Shown here one piece after another: positions 14,101-27,642 of a stretch of DNA of 64,000 bases; position 1 is the first letter of the stretch, and each line of letters opens with the position of its first letter. The notes beneath the pieces were generated by a model. That model searched no databases. It saw only the letters and a program-made list of their open reading frames with translations, and had not been told where the DNA came from. The stretch covers positions 7,130,001 through 7,194,000 of the forward strand of contig CM120643.1 of NCBI GenBank assembly GCA_051362555.1, given 5' to 3'. Source of the stretch: Lingula anatina (Eukaryota > Animalia > Brachiopoda). The translations under genes were made by a program, and so were the position numbers.

Positions 14101-17100
14101 TGTTTCTGAAATTTGTACAAATGATGCTTAACAACAATAAAAATCTGTGATTAGATGATCTGTTGACTGCATCTAATAAAAAGTGTTTTTTGGGACAACA
14201 TATTTGGGAAAACTGAAATTTACATTGAAAACACTAGCAAATCCCATGACTTAAAATAGTTAAACGTTAATAATTTTGTCAAATCTAGTCCAATATTTCT
14301 GAAATTTGTACAAATGATGCTTAACAACAATAAAAATCTGTGATTAGATGATCTGTTGACTGCATCTAATGAAAAGTGTTTTTTGGGACAACATATTTGG
14401 GAAAACTGAAATTTACATTGAAAACATTAGCAAATCCCATGACTTAAAATAGTTAAACGTTAATAAAATTTTCAAATCTTGTCCAATATTTCTGAAATTT
14501 GTACAAATGATGCTTAACAATAATGAAAATCTGTGATTAGACAATCTGTTGACTGTATCTAATGAAAAGTGTTTTTTGGGACAACATATTTGGGAAAAAT
14601 GAAATTTACATTGAAAAGACTGGCAAATCCAAGGACTTCAAATAGTTAAACGTTAATAATTTTGTCAAATCTAGTACAGTGTTTCTGAAATTTGTACAAA
14701 TGATGCTTAACAACAATAAAAACCTGTGATAAGCTGATCAAATGACTGTGTCTAATGAAAAGTATCTTCTTTCGCCAATATCTTTGAAAAAACTGAAAAT
14801 TACACTGAAAAATCTGGCAAATTCCATGGCTTAAAATAGTTAAATGTTAATAATTTTGCAATGTGATTATAAAATAAAATAGCAAATGTGATGATTTGAG
14901 GTTGATTGTGTAGGAGGTTGCAAATTACCTATAACTGTTATCTGGAAAACAATATATACCCAAACAAGACTTCTCCTTACTATCAATGCCAGATGCAGAT
15001 TACTCCTTACAATTGGTTTCTGGGATGGGTTGTTGTTATCACAACATTTGACAATGTCCTAAATCTTGCCTCATATCATGTATTGTACACATGGATAAAA
15101 CATAGTGCTGCTCATGGTGCTGTCTTTCACTGACTGCATCTTCATAGTAAGGGTAACTCTGGAAAAAGAAGAATATAACTGAAAAAACTGAAAATAACAT
15201 AGAAAACGCTGGCAAATTCCATGACATAAAATAGTTAAACGTTAATAATTTTGTCAAATCTTGTCCAATATTTCTGAAATTTGTACAAATGATGCTTAAC
15301 AACAATAAAAACCTGTGATTAGATGATCTGTTGACTGCATCTAATGAAAAGTGTTTTTTGGGACAACATATTTGGGAAAACTGAAATTTACATTGAAAAC
15401 ACTAGCAAATCCCACGACTTAAAATAGTTAAACGTTAATAAAATTTTCAAATCTTGTCCAATATTTCTGAAATTTGTACAAATGATGCTTAACAATAATG
15501 AAAATCTGTGATTAGACAATCTGTTGACTGTATCTAATGAAAAGTGTTTTTTGGGACAACATATTTGGGAAAAATGAAATTTACATTGAAAAGACTGGCA
15601 AATCCAAGGACTTCAAATAGTTAAACGTTAATAATTTTGTCAAATCTAGTACAGTGATCTGTGATAAGATGATCTGTTGACTGCATCTAATGAAAAGTGT
15701 TTTTTGGGACAACATATTTAGGAAAACTGATATTTACATTGAAAACAATAGCAAATCCCACGACTTAAAATAGTTAAACGTTAATAATTTTGTCAAATCT
15801 AGTCCAATATTTCTGAAATTTGTACAAATGATGCTTAACAACAATAAAAATCTGTGATTAGATGATCTGTTGACTGCATCTAATGAAAAGTGTTTTTTGG
15901 GACAAAATATTTGGGAAAACTGAAATTTACATTGAAAACACTAGCAAACCCCATGACTTAAAATAGTTAAACGTTAATAAAATTTTCAAATCTTGTCCAA
16001 TATTTCTGAAATTTGTACAAATGATGCTTAACAATAATGAAAATCTGTGATTAGACGATCTGTTGACTGTATCTAATGAAAAGTGTTTTTTGGGACAACA
16101 TATTTGGGAAAAATGAAATTTACATTGAAAAGACTGGCAAATCCAAGGACTTCAAATAGTTAAACGTTAATAATTTTGTCAAATTCAGTCCAGTGTTTCT
16201 GAAATTTGTACAAATGATGCTTAACAACAATAAAAACCTGTGATAAGCTGATCAAATGACTGTGTCTAATGAAAAGTATCTTCTTTCGCCAATATCTTTG
16301 AAAAAACTGAAAATTACACTGAAAAATCTGGCAAATTCCATGGCTTAAAATAGTTAAATGTTAATAATTTTGCAATGTGATTATAAAATAAAATAGCAAA
16401 TGTGATGATTTGAGGTTGATTGTGTAGGAGGTTGCAAATTACCTATAACTGTTATCTGGAAAACAATATATACCCAAACAAGACTTCTCCTTACTATCAA
16501 TGCCAGATGCAGATTACTCCTTACAATCGGTTTCTGGGATGGGTTGTTGTTATCACAACATTTGACAATGTCCTAAATCTTGCCTCATATCATGTATTGT
16601 ACACATGGATAAGACAAAGTGCTGCTCTTGGTGCTGTCTTTCACTGCCTGCATCTTCATAGTAAGGGTAACTCTGGAAAAAGAAGAATATAACTGAAAAA
16701 ACTGAAAATAACATAGAAAACGCTGGCAAATTCCATGACATAAAATAGTTAAACGTTAATAATTTTGTCAAATCTTGTCCAATATTTCTGAAATTTGTAC
16801 AAATGATGCTTTACAACAATAAAAACCTGTGATTAGATGATCTGTTGACTGCATCTAATGAAAAGTGTTTTTTGGGACAACATATTTGGGAAAACTGAAA
16901 TTTACATTGAAAACACTAGCAAATCCCATGACATAAAATAGTTAAACGTTAATAAAATTTTCAAATCTTGTCCAATATTTCTGAAATTTGTACAAATGAT
17001 GCTTAACAACAATAAAAATCTGTGATTAGATGATCTGTTGACTGTATCTAATGAAAAGTGTTTTTTGGGACAATTAATTTAGGACAACTGAAATTTACAT

Positions 17101-17667
17101 TGAAAAGACTGGCAAATCCCATGACTTAAAATAGTTAAATGTTGATAATTTTGTCAAATCTAGTCCAGTGTTTCTGAAATTTGTACAAATGAAGCTTAAC
17201 AACAATAAAAACCTGTGATAAGCTGATCAAATGACTGTGTCTAATGAAAAATATCTTCTTTCGACAATATCTTTGAAAAAACTGAAAAGTACACTGAAAA
17301 ATCTGGCAAATTCCATGGCTTAAAATAGTTAAATGTTAATAATTTTGCAATGTGATTATAAAATAAAATAGCAAACATGATGATTTGAGGTTGTTTGTGT
17401 AGGAGGTTGCAAATTATCCTATAACTGTTATCTGGAAAACAATATATACCCAAACAAGACTTCTCCTTACTATCAATGCCAGATGCAGATTACTCCTTAC
17501 AATCGGTTTCTGGAATGGGTTGTTGTTATCACAACATTTGACAATGTCCTAAATCTTGCCACATATCATGTATTGTACACATGGATAAGACATAGTGCTG
17601 CTCTTGGTGCTGTATTTCACTGCCTGCATCTTCATGGTAAGGGTACTCTGGAAAAAGAAGAATATAA

Positions 17668-18759
17668 GGCCACACTTTTTTAATTTTATGGATGACATCC
17701 TGCGCGCGCACCGATTTTCGTCCGTTCTCAAAAAAAAAAAAAAAAAAAAATCCCCCCCCCCCCCCCCCCCCCAAGGAAGTCGGTTGTCGCAAACGTCGTT
17801 ATTGAATTTGCCGGAAAATGCAATCGGCAATCCTCGGCTAATTCCGCAAGCTCCATGCTGTCATTGTCGACTGCGGAGACATCCGAGTAGTTCCGAGTGC
17901 GGAAAATGAGCTTTCTGCGCATGTGTATTATCACCACGTGGAAATATGGCCGCTTTGCCGTTAAATTCATCTCTAGCATTAATTTCAAAATACACGACAA
18001 TTAAAGTCATAAAGAGAACGGGGGCCGCCGTTTTGGATTGGTTTGCCATTGATATTGGACATGGAGATATCACCTTTTTACAATTATACGAAAGGCTGGC
18101 CGCGGCCAGCGATCATCGCCCGGAAAATTTCAGTGACATTCTGTCCAAAGCAGCACATAGGCTTACCAGGTTTTTTTTGTAGCGAAAAAAGGGTCGACAA
18201 GAGCGTCGTGGTATTTGGTGGACTGAAGGTCGGACAGGCCACCCAATAGTTGGCTGCTACGTGTGAGTCGAAGGAGACAAAATGGCATCGACCGAAATTA
18301 CCTTTTTTAGATTTGGTAGTAGGAAGCATAGGCCTATCTTTGCTTCATTTTTTAACAATTCTGTGAAGTGTTCACAATGCTTAAATTTTCTGAGAGTACA
18401 AATAAAGACACGCTGTTTATTTGATATTTGTTTTATTGATTGCTATACCAACAGAATGCATGAAATAACCTTAAATAGATTTGGTAATATGCAGCATATA
18501 TATATTCATGACTTTTTACCTTTCTACGAAGTAGGCCCTATTCACAATGCTTTAATATTTTGAGAGCATGGATAAAGACATGTTGTTAGTTTGATACGTG
18601 TTTCTGTGGTAAATTAGTGTTTACAGCTGTGTACTGAAAACATAACTTTTCTTAAGCATTTTTTTTTTTTTTTTTTGGACTGTTTTTTTTTTTTCGCCCG
18701 CTCGCACCGATTTTGGGGTCCCCAGAGGATGTCATCCATAAAAATAAAAAAGTGTGGCC
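17668..18759. mobile_element. PIF/Harbinger (Tourist-like) MITE, 1092 bp, inserted in the satellite
   Basis: ~34-bp TIRs ggccacacttttttaattttatggatgacatcct / aggatgtcatccataaaaataaaaaagtgtggcc; TAA TSD (17665-67, 18760-62); the empty site aatataactg is present in sister units. Confidence 0.92.
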
Positions 18760-21700
18760 TAACTGAAAAAACTGAAAATAACATAGAAAACGCTGGCAAA
18801 TTCCATGAAATAAAATAGTTAAACGTTAATAATTTTGTCAAATCTAGTCCAATATTTCTGAAATTTGTACAAATGATGCTTAACAACAATAAAAATCTGT
18901 GATTAGATGATCTGTTGACTGCATCTAATGAAAAGTGTTTTTTGGGACAACATATTTGGGAAAACTGAAATTTACATTGAAAACACTAGCAAATCCCACG
19001 ACTTAAAATAGTTAAACGTTAATAAAATTTTCAAATCTTGTCCAATATTTCTGAAATTTGTACAAATGATGCTTAACAATAATGAAAATCTGTGATTAGA
19101 CAATCTGTTGACTGTATCTAATGAAAAGTGTTTTTTGGGACAACATATTTGGGAAAAATGAAATTTACATTGAAAAGACTGGCAAATCCAAGGACTTCAA
19201 ATAGTTAAACGTTAATAATTTTGTCAAATCTAGTACAGTGTTTCTGAAATTTGTACAAATGATGCTTAACAACAATAAAAATCTGTGATTAGATGATCTG
19301 TTGACTGCATCTAATAAAAAGTGTTTTTTGGGACAACATATTTGGGAAAACTGAAATTTACATTGAAAACACTAGCAAATCCCATGACTTAAAATAGTTA
19401 AACGTTAATAATTTTGTCAAATCTAGTCCAATATTTCTGAAATTTGTACAAATGATGCTTAACAACAATAAAAATCTGTGATTAGATGATCTGTTGACTG
19501 CATCTAATGAAAAGTGTTTTTTGGGACAACATATTTGGGAAAACTGAAATTTACATTGAAAACATTAGCAAATCCCATGACTTAAAATAGTTAAACGTTA
19601 ATAAAATTTTCAAATCTTGTCCAATATTTCTGAAATTTGTACAAATGATGCTTAACAATAATGAAAATCTGTGATTAGACAATCTGTTGACTGTATCTAA
19701 TGAAAAGTGTTTTTTGGGACAACATATTTGGGAAAAATGAAATTTACATTGAAAAGACTGGCAAATCCAAGGACTTCAAATAGTTAAACGTTAATAATTT
19801 TGTCAAATCTAGTACAGTGTTTCTGAAATTTGTACAAATGATGCTTAACAACAATAAAAACCTGTGATAAGCTGATCAAATGACTGTGTCTAATGAAAAG
19901 TATCTTCTTTCGCCAATATCTTTGAAAAAACTGAAAATTACACTGAAAAATCTGGCAAATTCCATGGCTTAAAATAGTTAAATGTTAATAATTTTGCAAT
20001 GTGATTATAAAATAAAATAGCAAATGTGATGATTTGAGGTTGATTGTGTAGGAGGTTGCAAATTACCTATAACTGTTATCTGGAAAACAATATATACCCA
20101 AACAAGACTTCTCCTTACTATCAATGCCAGATGCAGATTACTCCTTACAATTGGTTTCTGGGATGGGTTGTTGTTATCACAACATTTGACAATGTCCTAA
20201 ATCTTGCCTCATATCATGTATTGTACACATGGATAAAACATAGTGCTGCTCATGGTGCTGTCTTTCACTGCCTGCATCTTCATAGTAAGGGTAACTCTGG
20301 AAAAAGAAGAATATAACTGAAAAAACTGAAAATAACATAGAAAACGCTGGCAAATTCCATGACATAAAATAGTTAAACGTTTATAATTTTGTCAAATCTT
20401 GTCCAATATTTCTGAAATTTGTACAAATGATGCTTAACAACAATAAAACCTGTGATTAGATGATCTGTTGACTGCATCTAATGAAAAGTGTTTTTTGGGA
20501 CAACATATTTGGGAAAACTGAAATTTACATTGAAAACACTAGCAAATCCCACGACTTAAAATAGTTAAACGTTAATAAAATTTTCAAATCTTGTCCAATA
20601 TTTCTGAAATTTGTACAAATGATGCTTAACAATAATGAAAATCTGTGATTAGATGATCTGTTGACTGTATCTAACGAAAAGTGTTTTTTGGGACAACATA
20701 TTTGGGAAAAATGAAATTTACATTGAAAAGACTGGCAAATCCAAGGACTTCAAATAGTTAAACGTTAATAATTTTGTCAAATTCAGTCCAGTGTTTCTGA
20801 AATTTGTACAAATGATGCTTAACAACAATAAAAACCTGTGATAAGCTGATCAAATGACTGTGTCTAATGAAAAGTATCTTCTTTCGCCAATATCTTTGAA
20901 AAAACTGAAAATTACACTGAAAAATCTGGCAAATTCCATGGCTTAAAATAATTAAATGTTAATAATTTTGCAATGTGATTATAAAATAAAATAGCAAATG
21001 TGATGATTTGAGGTTGATTGTGTAGGAGGTTGCAAATTACCTATAACTGTTATCTGGAAAACAATATATACCCAAACAAGACTTCTCCTTACTATCAATG
21101 CCAGATGCAGATTACTCCTTACAATTGGTTTCTGGGATGGGTTGTTGTTATCACAACATTTGACAATGTCCTAAATCTTGCCTCATATCATGTATTGTAC
21201 ACATGGATAAAACATAGTGCTGCTCATGGTGCTGTCTTTCACTGCCTGCATCTTCATAGTAAGGGTAACTCTGGAAAAAGAAGAATATAACTGAAAAAAC
21301 TGAAAATAACATAGAAAACGCTGGCAAATTCCATGACATAAAATAGTTAAACGTTTATAATTTTGTCAAATCTTGTCCAATATTTCTGAAATTTGTACAA
21401 ATGATGCTTAACAACAATAAAACCTGTGATTAGATGATCTGTTGACTGCATCTAATGAAAAGTGTTTTTTGGGACAACATATTTGGGAAAACTGAAATTT
21501 ACATTGAAAACACTAGCAAATCCCACGACTTAAAATAGTTAAACGTTAATAAAATTTTCAAATCTTGTCCAATATTTCTGAAATTTGTACAAATGATGCT
21601 TAACAATAATGAAAATCTGTGATTAGATGATCTGTTGACTGTATCTAACGAAAAGTGTTTTTTGGGACAACATATTTGGGAAAAATGAAATTTACATTGA

Positions 21701-24700
21701 AAAGACTGGCAAATCCAAGGACTTCAAATAGTTAAACGTTAATAATTTTGTCAAATTCAGTCCAGTGTTTCTGAAATTTGTACAAATGATGCTTAACAAC
21801 AATAAAAACCTGTGATAAGCTGATCAAATGACTGTGTCTAATGAAAAGTATCTTCTTTCGCCAATATCTTTGAAAAAACTGAAAATTACACTGAAAAATC
21901 TGGCAAATTCCATGGCTTAAAATAATTAAATGTTAATAATTTTGCAATGTGATTATAAAATAAAATAGCAAATGTGATGATTTGAGGTTGATTGTGTAGG
22001 AGGTTGCAAATTACCTATAACTGTTATCTGGAAAACAATATATACCCAAACAAGACTTCTCCTTACTATCAATGCCAGATGCAGATTACTCCTTACAATC
22101 GGTTTCTGGGATGGGTTGTTGTTATCACAACATTTGACAATGTCCTAAATCTTGCCTCATATCATGTATTGTACACATGGATAAAACATAGTGCTGCTCA
22201 TGGTGCTGTCTTTCACTGCCTGCATCTTCATTGTAAGGGTAACTCTGGAAAAAGAAGAATATAACTGAAAAAACTGAAAATAACATAGAAAACGCTGGCA
22301 AATTCCATGACATAAAATAGTTAAACGTTAATAATTTTGTCAAATCTAGTCCAATATTTCTGAAATTTGTACAAATGATGCTTAACAACAATAAAAACCT
22401 GTGATTAGATGATCTGTTGACTGCATCTAATGAAAAGTGTTTTATGGGACAACATATTTGGGAAAACTGAAATTTACATTGAAAACACTAGCAAATCCCA
22501 CGACTTAAAATAGTTAAACGTTAATAAAATTTTCAAATCTTGTTCAATATTTCTGAAATTTGTACAAATGATGCTTAACAACAATCAAAATCTGTGATTA
22601 GATGATCTGTTGACTGTCTCTAATGAAAAGTGTTTTTTGGGGCAACATATTTGGGAAAACTGAAATTTACATTGAAAAGACTGGCAAATCCAAGGACTTC
22701 AAATAGTTAAACGTTAATAATTTTGTCAAATCTAGTACAGTGTTTCTGAAATTTGTAGAAATGATGCTTTACAACAATAAAAACCTGTGATAAGCTGATC
22801 AAATGACTGTGTCTAATGAAAAGTATCTTCCTTCGACAATATCATTGAAAAAACTGAAAATTACACTGAAAAATCTGGCAAATTCCATGGCTTAAAATAG
22901 TTAAATGTTAATAATTTTGCAATGTGATTATAAAATAAAATAGCAAATGTGATGATTTGAGGTTGATTGTGTAGGAGGTTGCAAATTACCTATAACTGTT
23001 ATCTGGAAAACAATATATACCCAAACAAGACTTCTCCTTACTATCAATGCCAGATGCAGATTACTCCTTACAATCGGTTTCTGGGATGGGTTGTTGTTTT
23101 CACAACATTTGACAATGTCCTAAATCTTGCCTCATATCATGTATTGTACACATGGATAAAACATAGTGCTGCTCATGGTGCTGTCTTTCACTGCCTGCAT
23201 CTTCATAGTAAGGGTAACTCTGGAAAAAGAAGAATATAACTGAAAAAACTGAAAATAACATAGAAAACGCTGGCAAATTCCATGACATAAAATAGTTAAA
23301 CGTTAATAATTTTGTCAAATCTTGTCCAATATTTCTGAAATTTGTACAAATGATGCTTAACAACAATAAAAACCTGTGATTAGATGATCTGTTGACTGCA
23401 TCTAATGAAAAGTGTTTTATGGGACAACATATTTGGGAAAACTGAAATTTACATTGAAAACACTAGCAAATCCCACGACTTAAAATAGTTAAACGTTAAT
23501 AAAATTTTCAAATCTTGTCCAATATTTGTGAAATTTGTACAAATGATGCTTAACAATAATGAAAATCTGTGATTAGACGATCTGTTGACTGTATCTAATG
23601 AAAAGTGTTTTTTGGGACAACATATTTGGGAAAAATGAAATTTACATTGAAAAGACTGGCAAATCCAAGGACTTCAAATAGTTAAACGTTAATAATTTTG
23701 TCAAATACGGTCCAGTGTTTCTGAAATTTGTACAAATGATGCTTAACAACAATAAATACCTGTGATAAGCTGATCAAATGACTGTGTCTAATGAAAAGTA
23801 TCTTCTTTCGCCAATAACTTTAAAAAAAATGAAAATTACACTGAAAAATCTGGCAAATTCAATGGTTTAAAATAGTTAAATGTTAATAATTTTGCAATGT
23901 GATTATAAAATAAAATAGCAAATGTGATGATTTGAGGTTGATTGTGTAGGAGGTTGCAAATTACCTATAACTGTTATCTGGGAAACAATATATACCCAAA
24001 CAAGACTTCTCCTTACTATCAATGCCAGATGCAGATTACTCCTTACAATCGGTTTCTGGGATGGGTTGTTGTTATCACAACATTTGACAATGTCCTAAAT
24101 CTTGCCTCATATCATGTATTGTACACATGGATAAAACATAGTGCTGCTCTTGGTGCTGTCTTTCACTGCCTGCATCTTCATAGTAAGGGTAACTCTGGAA
24201 AAAGAAGAATATAACTGAAAAAACTGAAAATAACATAGAAAACGCTGGCAAATTCCATGACATAAAATAGTTAAACGTTAATAATTTTGTCAAATCTTGT
24301 CCAATATTTCTGAAATTTGTACAAATGATGCTTAACAACAATAAAAACCTGTGATTAGATGATCTGTTGACTGCATCTAATGAAAAATGTTTTTGGGGAC
24401 AACATATTTGGGAAAACTGAAATTTACATTGAAAACACTAGCAAATCCCACGACTTAAAATAGTTAAACGTTAATAACATTTTCAAATCTTGTCCAATAT
24501 TTCTGAAATTTGTACAAATGATGCTTAACAATAATGAAAATCTGTGATTAGACGATCTATTGACTGTATCTAATGAAAAGTGTTTTTTGGGACAACATAT
24601 TTGGGAAAAATGAAATTTACATTGAAAAGACTGGCAAATCCAAGGACTTCAAATAGTTAAACGTTAATAATTTTGTCAAATTCAGTCCAGTGTTTCTGAA

Positions 24701-26427
24701 ATTTGTACAAATGATGCTTAACAACAATAAAAACCTGTGATAAGCTGATCAAATGACTGTGTCTAATGAAAAGTATCTTCTTTCGCCAATATCTTTGAAA
24801 AAACTGAAAATTACACTGAAAAATCTGGCAAATTCCATGGCTTAAAATAGTTAAATGTTAATAATTTTGCAATGTGATTATAAAATAAAATAGCAAATGT
24901 GATGATTTGAGGTTGATTGTGTAGGAGGTTGCAAATTACCTATAACTGTTATCTGGAAAACAATATATACCCAAACAAGACTTCTCCTTACTATCAATGC
25001 CAGATGCAGATTACTCCTTACAATCGGTTTCTGGGATGGGTTGTTGTTATCAAAACATTTGCCAATGTCCTAAATCTTGCCTCATATCATGTATTGTACA
25101 CATGGATAAGACATAGTGCTGCTCTTGGTGCTGTCTTTCAGTGCTTGCATCTTCATGGTAAGGGTACTCTGGAAAAAGAACAATATAACTGAAAAAACTG
25201 AAAATAACATAGAAAACGCTGGCAAATCCCATGACATAAAATAGTTAAACGTTAATAATTTTGTCAAATCTAGTCCAATATTTCTGAAATTTGTACAAAT
25301 GATGCTTAACAACAATAAAAATCTGTGATTAAATGATCTGTTGACTGTATCTAATGAAAAGTGTTTTTTGGGACAACATATTTGGGACAACTGAAATTTC
25401 CATTGAAAACACTAGCAAATCCCATGACTTAAAATAGTTAAACGTTAATAAAATTTTCAAATCTTGTCCAATATTTCTGAAATTTGTACAAATGATGCTT
25501 AACAATAATAAAAAATCTGTGATTAGATGATCTGTTGACTGTATCTAATGAAAAGTGTTTTTTGGGACAACGTATTTGGGAAAACTGAAATTTACATTGA
25601 AAAGACTGTTAAATCCCATGACTTAAAATGGTAACATGTTAATAATTTTGTCAAATCTCGTCCAGTGTTTCTGAAATTTGTACAAATGATGCTTAACAAC
25701 AATAAAAACCTGTGATAAGCTGATCAAATGACTGTGTCTGATGAAAAGTATCTTCTTCCGACAATATCTTTGAAAAAACTGAAAATTACACTGAAAAATC
25801 TGGCAAATTTCAGGGCTTTAAATAGTTAAATGTTAATAATTTTGTAAAGTGATTATAAAATAAAATAGCAAATGTGATGATTTGAGGTTGTTTGTGTAAG
25901 AGGTTGCAAATTACCTATAACTGTTATCTGGAAAACAATATATACCCATACAACACTTCTCCTTACTATCAATGCCAGATGCAGATTACTCCTTACAATG
26001 GGTTTCTGGAATGGGTTGTTGCTATCACAATATTTGACAATGTCCTAAATCTTGCCACATATCATGCATTGTACACATGGATAAGAAAAAAGTGCTGCTC
26101 CTGATGCTGTCTTTCACTGTCTGCCTTTTCATAGTAAGGGTACTCTGGAAAAAGAACAATATAACTGAAAAAGCTGAAAATTACACTGAAAAAACTGGCA
26201 AATTCCATGGCTTATAATAGTTAAATGTTAATAATTTTGTCAAATCTAGTCCAATATTTCTGAAATTTGTACAAATGATGCTTAACAACAATAAAAATCT
26301 GTGATAAGCTGATCTAATGACTGTGTCTTATGAAAAGTATTTTTTCAGATTATATATTTGAGAAAACTGGAAATTACACTGAAAACACTGGCAAATCCCA
26401 TGACTCAAAACAGTTAAACAAATATTG

Positions 26428-26563
26428 TCCAGGCCCGTAGCCAGAGGGGGTTCGGGGGGTTCAAAAGAACCACCCCTTTTGCTGGGAAAAGGTCCACTCT
26501 GGGTAAAATTTTGAAGTGTCAAATTTATGGGAAATTGATAATCAGAAGAATGAGAATTGACCA
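26428..26563 (-). mobile_element. One-ended copy of the hAT-like MITE family (cf. 1535-1694)
   Basis: caggcccgtagccagagggggttcgggggg...aaaaggtccactctgggtaaaattt is the reverse complement of the right part of 1535-1694; flanked by 12-bp direct repeats aaacaaatattg. Confidence 0.7.
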
Positions 26564-27065
26564 AAACAAATATTGCAATGTATTATTTACTCTCTTTACT
26601 TTGAAAGAAAATAGCAAATGTAATGATTTGAGTTTGTTTGTGTAGGAGGTTGCAAATTACCTATAACTGTCATCTGGAAAACAATATATACCCATACAAG
26701 ACTTCTTCTTGCTATCAATGGCAAATGTGATCCATGACAGCTAACCTGCTGAGAGTGAATGGCACCCTATGTGGACAAGTTGGGAATGCTGGAATTGATA
26801 ACAGGTGACTACATACAACTTTTTCAATAGCAGTATATGAATCAGCTTTGAAACAGTTTTAGAAATGGACCGATATCTGTACTTTATTTAATTAAAGCTG
26901 GAACATAATTTTATATCATGTTTTCAAACAAAGAAGTTGGCATTTTCTGGTCAAATGCACCCATTACTCGTCTCTAAATTCCCAGAGTTTACTAAATTGA
27001 CAAGCAATCTTTACAGCTTCAGTAAGGTCGAAACCCACTACCTGACAACCCATTTCTTTGATATC

Positions 27066-27209
27066 CATCTTCATTCTAAGCAATACTTACTACACCCTTC
27101 CTCATCACTGTTATCTCTACAGTCATTGTTGTGGTCACATCTTCATTCTAAGCAATACTTACTACACCCTTCCTCATCACTGTTATCTCTACAGTCATTG
27201 TTGTGGTCA
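27066..27209. repeat. 72-bp perfect tandem duplication
   Basis: catcttcattctaag...gttgtggtca occurs twice; it covers the 3' half and donor of the LDLa pseudo-exon. Confidence 0.9.
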
Positions 27210-27278
27210 CAGCTCCAAGATAAGTTGATACAGAAACAATATTACCACATACAAACGTCTGTGGAGGACATGTGTGAT
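27163..27278 (-). pseudogene. LDL-receptor class A (LDLa) repeat pseudo-exon
   Basis: [13 protein letters not shown] / (frameshift) [24 protein letters not shown]: six Cys and the CDxxxDCxDxSDE signature. Phase-1 donor gtaagt is present; the acceptor reads tg instead of ag. Confidence 0.85.
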
Positions 27279-27642
27279 CAACAGGAAGACAATAAAAAAT
27301 ACATCTTTAAAACAATCAACTTTATTTTCAAGAGTATTAAAACTGTTCCTTCACTTTCTTTGACAAAGCATTAAAATACCTGGGTAATTTAAATTTAAAT
27401 TCTTACATCACTAGAAGCACAAATCCACCTAAATATCAGGCATTACATTGAACAAGATGAAAAACTTGCTGAAAGGCTGTGATCAAGCAGCATTACAGAT
27501 TCAAAAATTCACTGAAATAAAGTGAAATATGTAAAGATCCAGAAGACAATGAGATCTACTTATGAAGATTTATGAAACTCATGTTGTTATCTGACCATCT
27601 TGAAAATAAGCCTGCGGTCATTGTGTTTTATTATTTTTACTT

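Larger units (their letters stand above)
6130..26720. repeat. Composite tandem array: ~395-bp block + n x 193-bp monomer, 17 full blocks
   Basis: Blocks start at 6733, 7514, 8488, 9848, ~10823, 12377, ~13352, 14906, 16420, ~17395, 20044, 21018, 21992, 22967, 23942, 24917, 25892. Periods 781/974-975/1360/1554 differ by multiples of 193 (monomer e.g. 8992->9185). Confidence 0.97.

Noticed and set aside
17595-18563. Cluster of overlapping ORFs as a transposase
   Set aside because: GC-richer MITE interior with homopolymer runs; no DDE or Myb/SANT motif.
6733-26104. Recurrent 60-100 aa ORFs (MCRRLQ..., MEFASV..., MLLSII...) as a tandem gene family
   Set aside because: They are by-products of the satellite: many begin at non-ATG codons, frames shift between copies, and no domain is recognisable.
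26937-27374. 145-aa plus-strand ORF
   Set aside because: Antisense of the LDLa pseudo-exon and its 72-bp duplication.
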